Shown here: one piece after another, positions 18,273 to 26,916 of the stretch | How positions within the stretch are numbered: the stretch's first letter is position 1 | How the letters are laid out: each line of letters opens with the position of its first letter | Origin: Ilumatobacteraceae bacterium | GTDB lineage: Bacteria > Actinomycetota > Acidimicrobiia > Acidimicrobiales > Ilumatobacteraceae | DNA length: 64,000 nt | Direction: 5' to 3' | Assembly: GCA_044354565.1 (NCBI GenBank) | Contig: JBIKZT010000001.1 | Location: forward strand, 724-64,723 | Position numbers and translations under genes: made by a program | The notes under the pieces: generated by a model | The model's database searches: none | The model's input: only the letters and a program-made list of their open reading frames with translations | What the model was told of the DNA's origin: nothing

Positions 18273-18359
18273 GGCGGAAGAGGTGGGATTCGAACCCACG
18301 GAAGCTTTCACTTCACACGCTTTCCAAGCGTGCCGGTTCGGCCGCTCTCGCACTCTTCC
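18272..18359 (-). tRNA. tRNA-Ser (anticodon GGA)
   Basis: Hand-folded: acceptor GGAAGAG/CTCTTCC, discriminator G with encoded CCA, anticodon stem CACGC/GCGTG with loop TTGGAAA, a long variable arm, and T-arm GTGGG-TTCGAAT-CCCAC. Confidence 0.9.
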
Positions 18360-18436
18360 AGGTGGCTGTTTTGCAACAACTACGGGTCGTCAGGCTAACT
18401 GGCTTGTAACCTGTAATCCTCAACAGTTTCGGGTTC

Positions 18437-18575
18437 GCCCGTGGGTGGTGAGGTGGCGGTCGGGTCCTGTGCGACGACTGCCCGTAAACCAGGTCAGGTC
18501 CTGACGGAAGCAGCCTCCACACGGAATTGGTCGTGCGCCGCAGGTCGCCTGGCCGTCACTTCACTGTCCATGGGC
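18437..18575 (+). ncRNA. ffs: signal recognition particle RNA (4.5S/ffs type)
   Basis: It contains the conserved domain IV sequence ACCAGGTCAGGTCC-TGAC-GGAAGCAGCC. The flanks pair into a long hairpin (GCCCGTGG with CCATGGGC, GTGAGGTG with CACTTCAC). The ends are approximate. Confidence 0.75.
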
Positions 18576-18603
18576 AAGCTTGAACAGAATCTTTAGGGAC
18601 GAT

Positions 18604-19185
18604 ATGTCAAAAAATAAATGGTTTGCCCCCGTCGCAATCACTGTGGGAATTGTTGTTCTCATCGTCATTGTTTTCACTAGCTCGTACAACGGACTTGTAA
18701 ATCGTGAACTGAAAGTTGATCAGTCAGCTGCAGACCTTGATGTGCAGTTGCAACGACGCTTCGACCTCATTCCCAATCTCGTGAAATCAGTTGAAGGCGC
18801 TCTCGAACAAGAGCGCGAAATCATCGGCAAAGTCACCGAAGCTCGAACAAAGTACGCAAGCGCAGGAACGGGCGATGAGCGCGTAGCCGCTGCCGGCGAA
18901 CTAGAAGGTGCGTTGTCTCGCTTGCTCGTTGTTGTTGAGAACTACCCGCAGGTCGCCAGTTTGCAAAACGTGCGTGATCTGCAAGTGCAACTAGAAGGTA
19001 CAGAAAATCGAGTGGCGCAAGCGCGCCGTTCGTACAACGAAACAGTTACTGATTTCAATAGTGCTGTTCGACGTTTCCCTCGTTCTATCGTTGCCGCAAT
19101 GTTTGGTTTTGAAAAACGAGCCCTCTTTGAAGCCGTCTCCGGTGCAGACGTAGCCCCAAGTGTGGATCTCAATCCAGGTGGCTAA
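18604..19185 (+). CDS. lemA: LemA family membrane protein
   Basis: N-terminal TM segment, then YNGLV.RE..V.Q..A.LDVQLQRRFDLIPNLV and ENYPQ...N...LQ..L...EN. Confidence 0.85.
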   Translation: MSKNKWFAPVAITVGIVVLIVIVFTSSYNGLVNRELKVDQSAADLDVQLQRRFDLIPNLVKSVEGALEQEREIIGKVTEARTKYASAGTGDERVAAAGELEGALSRLLVVVENYPQVASLQNVRDLQVQLEGTENRVAQARRSYNETVTDFNSAVRRFPRSIVAAMFGFEKRALFEAVSGADVAPSVDLNPGG

Positions 19186-19939
19186 AAAATCTTTCTTTGC
19201 TTTGGCATTGTTTAGCGTCATCTTTCTCGGATGCTCTTCTACAACTGCATCACTGCCCGAATTCACGGCACCAGTTGTAGACACAACTGGAAGCGTCTCT
19301 AGTGATGTTCAAACACAAATCAATAGTGAACTGAACACGTTTCAGCAATCCGGTGGTCCTCAAGTTGCAGTTGCAGTGGTCAAGTCCACAGGCAATGCAA
19401 CTCTTGAGAACTACTCCATCGATCTTGCACGCTCGTGGGGTATCGGTGAAAAGGGCAAAGACAACGGCGTCCTTATCTTGATTGCATTAGAAGATCGCAC
19501 GTTGCGTATTGAAGTTGGCAGTGGTGTTGAAGGTGATCTCACCGACGTTGCAGCCGGTCGCATAGTTGACTCCGTCATGCTTCCCCGTTTGCGCGCGGAC
19601 GACGTCGATGGAGCAGTGCGTGACGGTGCTCGTGCAGTGATGCAAGTATGGGGTGGAGCAGACATTCCCCTACAACCCGTCACTCCAGTAACTTCCGATG
19701 ATGAGCCATCTACGGCGGAGTCCATTTTCAGCATTGTTTTGTTCTTCGGACTTATTTTGTTATTCCTCACTCTTGCGGCACTTGGCAAAATCCGCGGTGG
19801 TGGTGTCTTCGGACCGTTCGGTGCAGGCACCATCTATGGCGGCGGATTTGGCGGTCATCGCGGCGGGTTCGGCGGCGGAGGGTTCGGCGGAGGCGGCGGA
19901 GGCGGTTTCAGTGGCGGCGGAGCGAGTGGGAGTTGGTAA
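19178..19939 (+). CDS. TPM (TLP18.3/Psb32/MOLO-1) domain protein with a Gly-rich C-terminal tail
   Basis: VVDTTG.VS......I...L..F...GGPQVAV..V.S.....E.Y...L...WGIG.....NGVLIL.....R..RIEVG.G matches the TPM fold, followed by a TM segment and GGFGG repeats. The start is GTG 19178 (or 19160) and overlaps the lemA end. Confidence 0.8.
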   Translation: MAKKSFFALALFSVIFLGCSSTTASLPEFTAPVVDTTGSVSSDVQTQINSELNTFQQSGGPQVAVAVVKSTGNATLENYSIDLARSWGIGEKGKDNGVLILIALEDRTLRIEVGSGVEGDLTDVAAGRIVDSVMLPRLRADDVDGAVRDGARAVMQVWGGADIPLQPVTPVTSDDEPSTAESIFSIVLFFGLILLFLTLAALGKIRGGGVFGPFGAGTIYGGGFGGHRGGFGGGGFGGGGGGGFSGGGASGSW

Positions 19940-20304
19940 TGGTTCAGTGGTGGAAAGACAATGCTCATTTGATTGCTGAGGCAATTGATACAGCCGAGAC
20001 AACATCTGGGCACCAAATTGTGGTGCGCGTTGGCAACTTAGGTCGCCACCCCAATCGCGCAGCCGACAAGATTGCTGCTCGACTCACACAAGCATCTTTG
20101 GTGTTTTGTGTAGACCCAAAGCACCGCGTGTTTGAAGTGCGTTGGGCACCCTCATTGCAACTCGACCCAGCAGTAGCAACTGCTGCAGTGCAAGGGCCAT
20201 TGCGAGATCATGATCTCCCCAAAGCCATTACCGCCCTTGCGGCTCTCTTGCCCCGCCAAGAAGAGGGTGAAGAGTTTCCCGACATCATCGAGGAATCCGA
20301 GTAG
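19939..20304 (+). CDS. hypothetical protein (small TPM-associated protein, DUF5130-like)
   Basis: 121 aa. TAATG overlap with the TPM gene. IAEAIDTAETTSGHQIVVRVG resembles the short partner protein commonly following LemA-TPM pairs. Confidence 0.5.
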   Translation: MVQWWKDNAHLIAEAIDTAETTSGHQIVVRVGNLGRHPNRAADKIAARLTQASLVFCVDPKHRVFEVRWAPSLQLDPAVATAAVQGPLRDHDLPKAITALAALLPRQEEGEEFPDIIEESE

Positions 20305-20364
20305 CAGGGATTGTCGGGCTATCAGAGGCTTCTAAGGAACTTATCCACACCCTATGATACTTAG

Positions 20365-21651
20365 GTGTTGAAAACCATCAGGTCCCGCTCCCATCTCGTA
20401 CTCATCGCCACCCTCGTCTCTGTGGGTTTAGTCGCTGGACCAATGCCTCTAAATCTTGACTCGGTGAGGGCGTATGTCGTTCCAGCACCGGTCTTCGACA
20501 CCACAGGGGACACCTCATCCGATGGTCTCGCCATTGAATTCAGTAATGCGCTTGGCAATGGACCTGGCGGATCTTTGGGTGGGACTTTGCCAAATGTTGG
20601 CAGCTTCTCTGTCTTGGTTGATACCCAACCTATTTCGGTGACCTCAGTGCAGTACGGACCAGGGTGTCCAACTTCCTGCTATCAGATGAAATTGAATTTG
20701 GCTAAGCAAATTCGCCCCGGGTCGGTAATCACCGTGAGCTATGTTGCTCCGACGCCCGATGCGGCAGCAACAAATGAAGCAATTCAAACTCCAGCAGGTG
20801 CAGACGCCACATCATTCGGCCCCCATTCAGTACGAAACAATGTTGTCGCGGCGAGTGCTCCCAGTGCGCCAACTGTCGAACCTGGTGTAGGAAGCGCAAC
20901 AATCACAGTTGCAAAACCAGGCTCCTTCACGCCTCGTTCCTACCTCGTCACTGCGTCACCTGGCGGCGCGACATGCACAATCACTGGCGACTCAGGATCA
21001 TGCACCATCACAGGATTAACAGGTGGTACTGCATATACGTTCACAGCCGTAGGCAAGAGGGTCGGAGTGTATGCGGACTCCGTTCCTAGTGCTGCATCTG
21101 CAGCGGTGACCGTATTACCTGCCGCGTCTAGTGGATCTTCGAGTACATCATCAACCACAAGTAACACTGCTTCCTGGGATGTAGAACCAGCAACCGATTC
21201 TGAAACTGATGCATTCACAGAAGGTTTCTGGCCAAGCGTGATCCCGGGCAACATCATCATCACTAATGAGTTCGGATTCACTGTCGACAAAAAGAATGGC
21301 ATCAAGCCAAAGATTCGTATGAAGAACTACGCCGGCAAGATCAAGATGACAATCTCTGCCTCATACAAAGACGGTGCAAAGACAAAGAAATACAAGTGTG
21401 CTTACGCAGCATTTGGTTCCACAAAGAAAGCCAAGACTGCAAAATGGAAGTGGTACACACCCAAGAAAGCGTGCATTCTTCCTAAGCCACTTGTCACCGC
21501 ACTAAAAGCCGGCACAACAAAATTAAGTGCAACGGGCAAGTGGACCCGCCTGTGGGCAACCACTGGAACAAAGTCTCGTGCAGACAAAACGAAAGTGAAG
21601 CCGCGCACGTTGAAGTACACGGTTCGTGCCAAACCTGCCGTAGCGAAATAA
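20365..21651 (+). CDS. secreted multidomain protein: Ig-like/Fn3-like domains, Ser-rich linker, very basic Lys-rich C-terminal domain
   Basis: Signal-like N-terminus. SVITVSYVAP...AIQTPAGADA is an Ig-like repeat pattern and TITGLTGGTAYTFTAVG is an Fn3-like strand pattern. An SSGSSSTSSTTS linker follows. The last ~130 aa are about 25% Lys with two Cys. No LPXTG was seen. Confidence 0.6.
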   Translation: MLKTIRSRSHLVLIATLVSVGLVAGPMPLNLDSVRAYVVPAPVFDTTGDTSSDGLAIEFSNALGNGPGGSLGGTLPNVGSFSVLVDTQPISVTSVQYGPGCPTSCYQMKLNLAKQIRPGSVITVSYVAPTPDAAATNEAIQTPAGADATSFGPHSVRNNVVAASAPSAPTVEPGVGSATITVAKPGSFTPRSYLVTASPGGATCTITGDSGSCTITGLTGGTAYTFTAVGKRVGVYADSVPSAASAAVTVLPAASSGSSSTSSTTSNTASWDVEPATDSETDAFTEGFWPSVIPGNIIITNEFGFTVDKKNGIKPKIRMKNYAGKIKMTISASYKDGAKTKKYKCAYAAFGSTKKAKTAKWKWYTPKKACILPKPLVTALKAGTTKLSATGKWTRLWATTGTKSRADKTKVKPRTLKYTVRAKPAVAK

Positions 21652-21654
21652 CGC

Positions 21655-22548
21655 TTAGTTACGGCCGACCATGGCGCGCTCTGTGCGCTCAACTAAGTCC
21701 GACATTCCAAGCAACTGACCAAAGTGGGCTAGCTCTTTTGTAGGGCCGCGCCATTCCCAATCATCCACGCTGCCTAACTGCACATCGTCTTCTACGTTTG
21801 TTACCACTGTGGCCACCACTTTGAAAAGATTGGCCAGTTCGCGCTTCTCGCGCAATGTTGCTGCCAACTTCGCAGCGCCACGCACAACAACACCATCAGC
21901 AGCCCACTGAGCTTCATCATCTGGAATGTTTTCGATATGCAGATACTTTGCCAAGACTGAAGCAGCGCTCTTTGCTCCCCACCCGGGAAGGCCAGGAAAA
22001 CCATCTGCAGTGTCGCCCACCAGTCCGAGCCAATCGGCAATGCTCGCGGGGCCCACACCAAACTTTTCAATCACTGCTTGTTCATTAATGATGAGATCGT
22101 TACGCCGGTCATACTGCACAACATGATTGCCGCTCACGCATTGGCCTAAGTCTTTATCGGGCGTCAACATCTGTACTTGGTCAACTCGCGGATCTAACGA
22201 AGCAATAAGCGCACCAGCAGCGAGACCGTCGTCGGCTTCATATTTCACCATTGGCCACACTGCAACGCCAAGTGCGCGCAATGCGTCTTCCATTATTGGC
22301 AACTGCTCCAGAATGTCTTCTTCCATTCCGTCTGACGTTTTATAACCGTCATACAAGTCATTACGAAAACTTTCGATGACATGGTCAACCGATACTGCGA
22401 TATGAGTAGCACCGCCGGCGAGTAGTTGCAAGGTCGACTGAACCACGCCGCGCGTCGCAGCCAATGGTGGTGGAGTGCTGTGGCGAACTGCTTGGCCGAA
22501 GTGCTGCCGATACAGCTCGTAGGTACCGTCGATGAGGTGAACAATCAT
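21655..22548 (-). CDS. 5'-3' exonuclease / flap endonuclease (PIN-like plus H3TH domains)
   Basis: Motifs MIVHLIDGTYELYR, KYEADD and LVGDTADGFPGLPGWGAKSA are present. Confidence 0.85.
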   Translation of the reverse strand: MIVHLIDGTYELYRQHFGQAVRHSTPPPLAATRGVVQSTLQLLAGGATHIAVSVDHVIESFRNDLYDGYKTSDGMEEDILEQLPIMEDALRALGVAVWPMVKYEADDGLAAGALIASLDPRVDQVQMLTPDKDLGQCVSGNHVVQYDRRNDLIINEQAVIEKFGVGPASIADWLGLVGDTADGFPGLPGWGAKSAASVLAKYLHIENIPDDEAQWAADGVVVRGAAKLAATLREKRELANLFKVVATVVTNVEDDVQLGSVDDWEWRGPTKELAHFGQLLGMSDLVERTERAMVGRN

Positions 22549-22616
22549 GCTGATTCAGTATCGCAGGGTTAGTGGGAAAGGCACGAAATGCCAATACCAT
22601 TACCATTCTCCATAAC

Positions 22617-22634
22617 TAGTTGCGCGCGCAACTA
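22617..22634. promoter_or_regulatory. perfect 18-bp palindrome TAGTTGCGCGCGCAACTA between the divergent exonuclease and pirin genes; candidate operator
   Basis: I checked the reverse complement base by base and it is identical. The site lies 28 bp upstream of the pirin ATG. Confidence 0.4.
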
Positions 22635-22661
22635 CATGAGAGATGTCTCGAAAGGACCCCC

Positions 22662-23624
22662 ATGCCTGCAGTAACAGCCGACACTCTGACGCTTCCTCGT
22701 ATTGAGGCCCCAACAATCGAAGCCCATGACCGTCCATTGATTTCACTCACCACTGCCCCGAGCGGTTTCGAAGGCGAGGGGTTCCCTGTTCGCCGCGCCT
22801 TTGCAGGCATTGCAAAAGAAGTACTCGACCCGTTCATCATGATGGATCAAATGGGCTCGGTTGAATATCCGCCCTATGAAGCGCGTGGCACAGACTGGCA
22901 CCCGCACCGCGGGTTCGAAACTGTTACGTACATCATGGATGGCGCATTCATTCACCAAGACTCCCATGGTGGTGGCGGAATCATTCAAGATGGCTCGACA
23001 CAGTGGATGACAGCAGGTGGTGGCATCTTGCACATCGAAACTCCTCCCGAACAATTGGTAGTGAGCGGTGGCCTCTTTCATGGCTTGCAGTTGTGGGTCA
23101 ACTTGCCTGCAAAACAAAAAATGATTTCACCCGCGTATCAAAACCTTGACGCAGATTTGGTGAAGCTATTTACAACACCTGATGCCGGAACATTGGTCCG
23201 TCTCATTGCCGGTGACATCGCTGGGATTACCGGCCCCGGTTCCACTCGCACACCTATTGTGATGGCACACGCAACAATTCTTCCGGGCTCGCGCATGGTG
23301 CTGCCATGGAATCCTTTGTTCAACGCACTCGCACATGTGGTGAAAGGTTCTGGCTTTGTTGGTATCGACCATCATTCATTTGTGGTTGGCCAAACAGCAG
23401 TGTTCGGCACTGGCGACACCATCACATTGGAAGCGTCAGCACATGAAGCACTCGACGTGATTTTGCTTGGTGGTCAACCCATCGGTGAACCTGTTGAGCA
23501 ATACGGTCCATTCGTAATGAATACACGTGAAGAACTGCAACAAGCATTCGATGATTACCAGCGTGGACGTCTTGGTACGGTCCCAGTTGGCGGTGTGCAG
23601 CCATTTCGTGGCCAACGCAAATAG
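22662..23624 (+). CDS. pirin family protein
   Basis: Motifs GFPVRRAF, DPFIMMD, HPHRGFETVTYIMDG, QWMTAGGGILHIE and LWVNLP are present. The ATG at 22662 follows AAAGGA. Confidence 0.9.
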   Translation: MPAVTADTLTLPRIEAPTIEAHDRPLISLTTAPSGFEGEGFPVRRAFAGIAKEVLDPFIMMDQMGSVEYPPYEARGTDWHPHRGFETVTYIMDGAFIHQDSHGGGGIIQDGSTQWMTAGGGILHIETPPEQLVVSGGLFHGLQLWVNLPAKQKMISPAYQNLDADLVKLFTTPDAGTLVRLIAGDIAGITGPGSTRTPIVMAHATILPGSRMVLPWNPLFNALAHVVKGSGFVGIDHHSFVVGQTAVFGTGDTITLEASAHEALDVILLGGQPIGEPVEQYGPFVMNTREELQQAFDDYQRGRLGTVPVGGVQPFRGQRK

Positions 23625-24362
23625 TTAGCTGACTTGCGTTAATCCGCCGTCAACAACAAAAATTTGACCAGTCACATACTTGTTGCGCAAGAACGCAAGT
23701 ACTGCCTCTGCACAATCGTCTGGTGTCGCAGACCGCTTGAGTGGAGCAATCGCAGCAACACCCGCATGTTGTGTTGCCCAATCTTGTGTCCACGGTGTTT
23801 CTACTAATCCAGGTGCAACGGCGTTATGGCGCACAGGGCCATGGCTCTTGGCCATGAGACGCGTCATCTGATTCAGCGCTGCCTTAGTCATGGAGTACGC
23901 AATGGAAGAACCCATGGGGCGTACGCCTGCAACTGATGTGATGTTGACAACGTTTCCATCTTGCGATTTCAACAAGTGTGGCATTGCCATCTTCGTCAAC
24001 TGCCAAGTACCCATCACGTTCACGTTAAAAGTTTTTTCAAAGATCTCGTCTGTCAATGCTTCGAGATCTGCATGGGGAACCAATGTTGTCCAGCCGGCAT
24101 TGTTTACCAACACATCCAATTTGCCAAACTTCGCAATTGTTGTATCAATAAGTTTTTGGCACTGTGCTTTATCACTGATGTCTGCTTGTACGTAGATAGC
24201 ACCATTTGGCAATGAGTCAGCAACTTTCTGGCCAGCCTCAACTGAACTGGCAGAGTTCACCACAACATGTGCGCCAAGTTCTGCCAAACGTTGTGCAGTG
24301 CGTTCACCAATTCCGCTCGATGATCCAGTGACAATTGCAACCATTCCTGAAAATTCAGACAT
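23625..24362 (-). CDS. short-chain dehydrogenase/reductase (3-oxoacyl reductase type)
   Basis: TGSSSGIG, NNAG and a Y....K catalytic pair (YSMTKAAL) are present. GGAGG precedes the ATG at 24362. The longer track ORF was rejected. Confidence 0.85.
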   Translation of the reverse strand: MSEFSGMVAIVTGSSSGIGERTAQRLAELGAHVVVNSASSVEAGQKVADSLPNGAIYVQADISDKAQCQKLIDTTIAKFGKLDVLVNNAGWTTLVPHADLEALTDEIFEKTFNVNVMGTWQLTKMAMPHLLKSQDGNVVNITSVAGVRPMGSSIAYSMTKAALNQMTRLMAKSHGPVRHNAVAPGLVETPWTQDWATQHAGVAAIAPLKRSATPDDCAEAVLAFLRNKYVTGQIFVVDGGLTQVS

Positions 24363-24385
24363 GAGGTACCTCCGTGTAGTTTCCC

Positions 24386-25057
24386 TCATCGTAGAACGGC
24401 GAACAGAGAACCAACGATTAGACAAGGGCCAAATGGGAAATGCGTATGACGATCTGCCTTTCCCAGTGCCATCAAGGTCAGTGCTACGCCACCTCCGACC
24501 ACGAACGAAACAAGCAGAGCCACGTACACCGCAGTTGAACTCGCCCACCCCAAATACAAACCCAGACATGCACCGAGAGAGACATCGCCACCACCCATGT
24601 CTCCCCGTGAGAGAACACGCACAAGAAACAACAATGCCCACGTAGTGACTACGCCGATGCACACCTGTTTGAGCAATTGCACATCGTTTCCAATAGTGCC
24701 CCCAAAAAACACACACGAGCCGAGCGCAAACTTCACCACTGCATGAAACGGTATGACGTGTGTATCAATGTCGACAATCGCAAACCACAATCCACCGACT
24801 ACTAACAGAGCCATGATTGCTTGATCTTCGAAAGTCCCAGAGTGAGCTACAACGAAACTGAATAACGCTGCGCAGATCACACAGTGAACAAACGTGGACC
24901 ACGATGCATCTGCCAGATGGTGCTCACCATATGTATGGCCTACTGCACGTAAGCGGTGAATCTCACGACGCGCAGAGCGCGAGACAACGTACCCGAGAAA
25001 AAGACCAACTAATAGCCACACCAGAATTTGCACGCACAGTGTGTAACCACTCTGCAA
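24386..25057 (-). CDS. A24 family prepilin peptidase (TadV/CpaA type, no methyltransferase domain)
   Basis: Polytopic membrane protein with the two catalytic Asp motifs, VDIDTHVIP and GDMGGGDV, and a C-terminal FPFGP. The start is uncertain (TTG 25057). Confidence 0.75.
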   Translation of the reverse strand: MQSGYTLCVQILVWLLVGLFLGYVVSRSARREIHRLRAVGHTYGEHHLADASWSTFVHCVICAALFSFVVAHSGTFEDQAIMALLVVGGLWFAIVDIDTHVIPFHAVVKFALGSCVFFGGTIGNDVQLLKQVCIGVVTTWALLFLVRVLSRGDMGGGDVSLGACLGLYLGWASSTAVYVALLVSFVVGGGVALTLMALGKADRHTHFPFGPCLIVGSLFAVLR

Positions 25058-25084
25058 TCAAATTGCTAGTCGCGAAGTAAAGGC

Positions 25085-25486
25085 TTATTCCTGAACGAGT
25101 TCAATAAGAGTTCCGAAGCTGCCCTTCGGATGAATGAAAGCAACTGTGGTGCCGCGGCTACCAGGTCGTGGTGCTTTATCAATCGGCGTTGCACCGGCGG
25201 CAATCATGGAAGCCAAGGCTTCTGCACAATTGTTCACGCGATATCCGATGTGGTGCAAACCTTCACCACGCTTCTCAATTGCCTTCGCAACTGGAGAATC
25301 TGGGTTCGTTGGTGTCAACAACTGCACATAGCTCTCGGCCACTTTCAATAGCGCCTCTTCTACGCCGTCGCTCTCCACAACTTCGCGATGGTCAACAGTT
25401 GCACCGAAAGCATCTTGGTAATACTTGATTGCTGCTTCAAGATCGCGAACAGCGATTGCAACGTGATCTATTTCAGTGAGAATCAT
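25085..25486 (-). CDS. mce: methylmalonyl-CoA/ethylmalonyl-CoA epimerase (VOC family)
   Basis: 133 aa with IDHVAIAV.DL..A...Y, GEGLHHIGY and GTLIELV. Confidence 0.85.
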   Translation of the reverse strand: MILTEIDHVAIAVRDLEAAIKYYQDAFGATVDHREVVESDGVEEALLKVAESYVQLLTPTNPDSPVAKAIEKRGEGLHHIGYRVNNCAEALASMIAAGATPIDKAPRPGSRGTTVAFIHPKGSFGTLIELVQE

Positions 25487-25499
25487 TTTCTGCTCTTTC

Positions 25500-26828
25500 T
25501 TAGCGACGGAACCAGGTGAGCTTGTCTGCCACCTTTGCTCGTAACTCCTGGTCGTCTACGCCAAGACCTTCTTCAGGTGAAAGGCACAAAACACCAAGTT
25601 TTCCTTCGTGCATGTTGTTATGAACTTGGTACGACGCTTCGCCGGTTTGCTCAAGTGTGAACACTTGAGACATCACTGGATGAATCATTCCCTTTGAAAT
25701 CAAACGGTTTGCTTCGTATGCCTCTTTGTAGTTAGCAAAGTGCGAACCAACAAGTTTCTTCAAACGCATCCAGAAGTGACGGTTGTCGAACTCCATCATG
25801 AAGCCACTGGTTGCAGCACACGTAACAACGGTGCCACCCTTTTTCACAACATATATAGATGCAGCAAATGTGCTGCGACCTGGGTGCTCGAAAACGATGT
25901 CCGGATCTTCCCCGACAAGGCCACGAATGTCTCCACCAAAGCGACGCCATTCTTGTTCGTTGTGTGAACCATCTTCTTTGAAGAACTGATAGTTGGCCTT
26001 CTTACGGTTGATGATGTGCTCACAACCCATCTCACGAAGAATGGCTTCCTTCTCTTCTGAAGACACCACTGCAACAGGAATGCCTCCACCGTTAAGGACA
26101 TACTGCACTGCGTACGAACCGATGCCGCCAGATGCTCCCCAGATAAGAACTACATCGCCTTGTTTCATGTTTGCGCCGTTTGGCGAAACAAGCATGCGAT
26201 AACTAGTGGAGTTACATAGTGCACTTACTGCTGCTTCTTCCCATGTGAGATGCGCAGGTTTTGGCATGAGTTGGTTTGCTTTCACCACTGCAAGATCTGC
26301 AAGACCACCAAAGTTAGTTTCGTAACCCCAGATGCGCTGGTTCGAGCCCATCATGGAATCGCTATGTGATGAAGGATCTTGATCGTCCACATGGTTGCAA
26401 TGAACGGTGATCTTGTCGCCAGGCTTCCAGTTACGCACTGCGCTACCTACGCGAAGAACAACACCCGATGCGTCTGAACCCAACACGTGGTAATCAAGAT
26501 CGTGACGCTTCGCCCAAGTGCTTTCGCGACCGAGTCGAGCGAGGGCGCCGAAGGTACTGATGGGCTCGAAAATGCTGGTCCACACTGTGTTGAAGTTGAT
26601 GGACGATGCCATCACGGCGACCACTACTTCGTCGGGAGCAATTTCTGGAACGGGAACCTGACTGATGTGGATGCTCTTGCGAGGGTCCTTCTCATTGCTA
26701 GGGACTCCTTCCCACATTGTCTGTTCTTCCTTACGAACAATGGCTGCTCGGTAAGTGTCGGGCAATGGCAAAGCGGCGATTTCATCGCCAGTGGCGCCAT
26801 TGAGAATGGCCTGAAGGATGTGTTCCAT
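25500..26828 (-). CDS. ccr: crotonyl-CoA carboxylase/reductase
   Basis: 442 aa MDR-family enzyme with the Ccr-type N-terminus (LPLPDTYRAA.V...E..MW) and INFNTVW, GSDASGVV, IWGASGGIG, HNNMHEGK. Confidence 0.8.
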   Translation of the reverse strand: MEHILQAILNGATGDEIAALPLPDTYRAAIVRKEEQTMWEGVPSNEKDPRKSIHISQVPVPEIAPDEVVVAVMASSINFNTVWTSIFEPISTFGALARLGRESTWAKRHDLDYHVLGSDASGVVLRVGSAVRNWKPGDKITVHCNHVDDQDPSSHSDSMMGSNQRIWGYETNFGGLADLAVVKANQLMPKPAHLTWEEAAVSALCNSTSYRMLVSPNGANMKQGDVVLIWGASGGIGSYAVQYVLNGGGIPVAVVSSEEKEAILREMGCEHIINRKKANYQFFKEDGSHNEQEWRRFGGDIRGLVGEDPDIVFEHPGRSTFAASIYVVKKGGTVVTCAATSGFMMEFDNRHFWMRLKKLVGSHFANYKEAYEANRLISKGMIHPVMSQVFTLEQTGEASYQVHNNMHEGKLGVLCLSPEEGLGVDDQELRAKVADKLTWFRR

Positions 26829-26916
26829 TCAAATGACGATAGCGAATTTCCGTGATTCATCTCCTAGCCTGATTCCACCAACACCCATCAGGGTGTCCGA
26901 TTTCACGGAGATACAA

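Noticed and set aside
18273-18353. N-terminal extension of the tadA ORF
   Set aside because: It is encoded entirely by the tRNA-Ser(GGA) gene sequence.
17600-18600. Integrated mobile element at the tRNA-Ser genes
   Set aside because: No integrase, excisionase, direct repeat of the tRNA 3' end or foreign-looking genes flank either tRNA. The neighbours are tadA, the SRP RNA and conserved housekeeping genes.
24363-24716. 118-aa N-terminal extension of the SDR ORF (track ORF 23625-24716)
   Set aside because: The extension is Cys/Arg/Trp-rich with no homology pattern and overlaps the prepilin peptidase gene in another frame. A GGAGG RBS precedes the internal ATG at 24362, which gives a normal 245-aa SDR.
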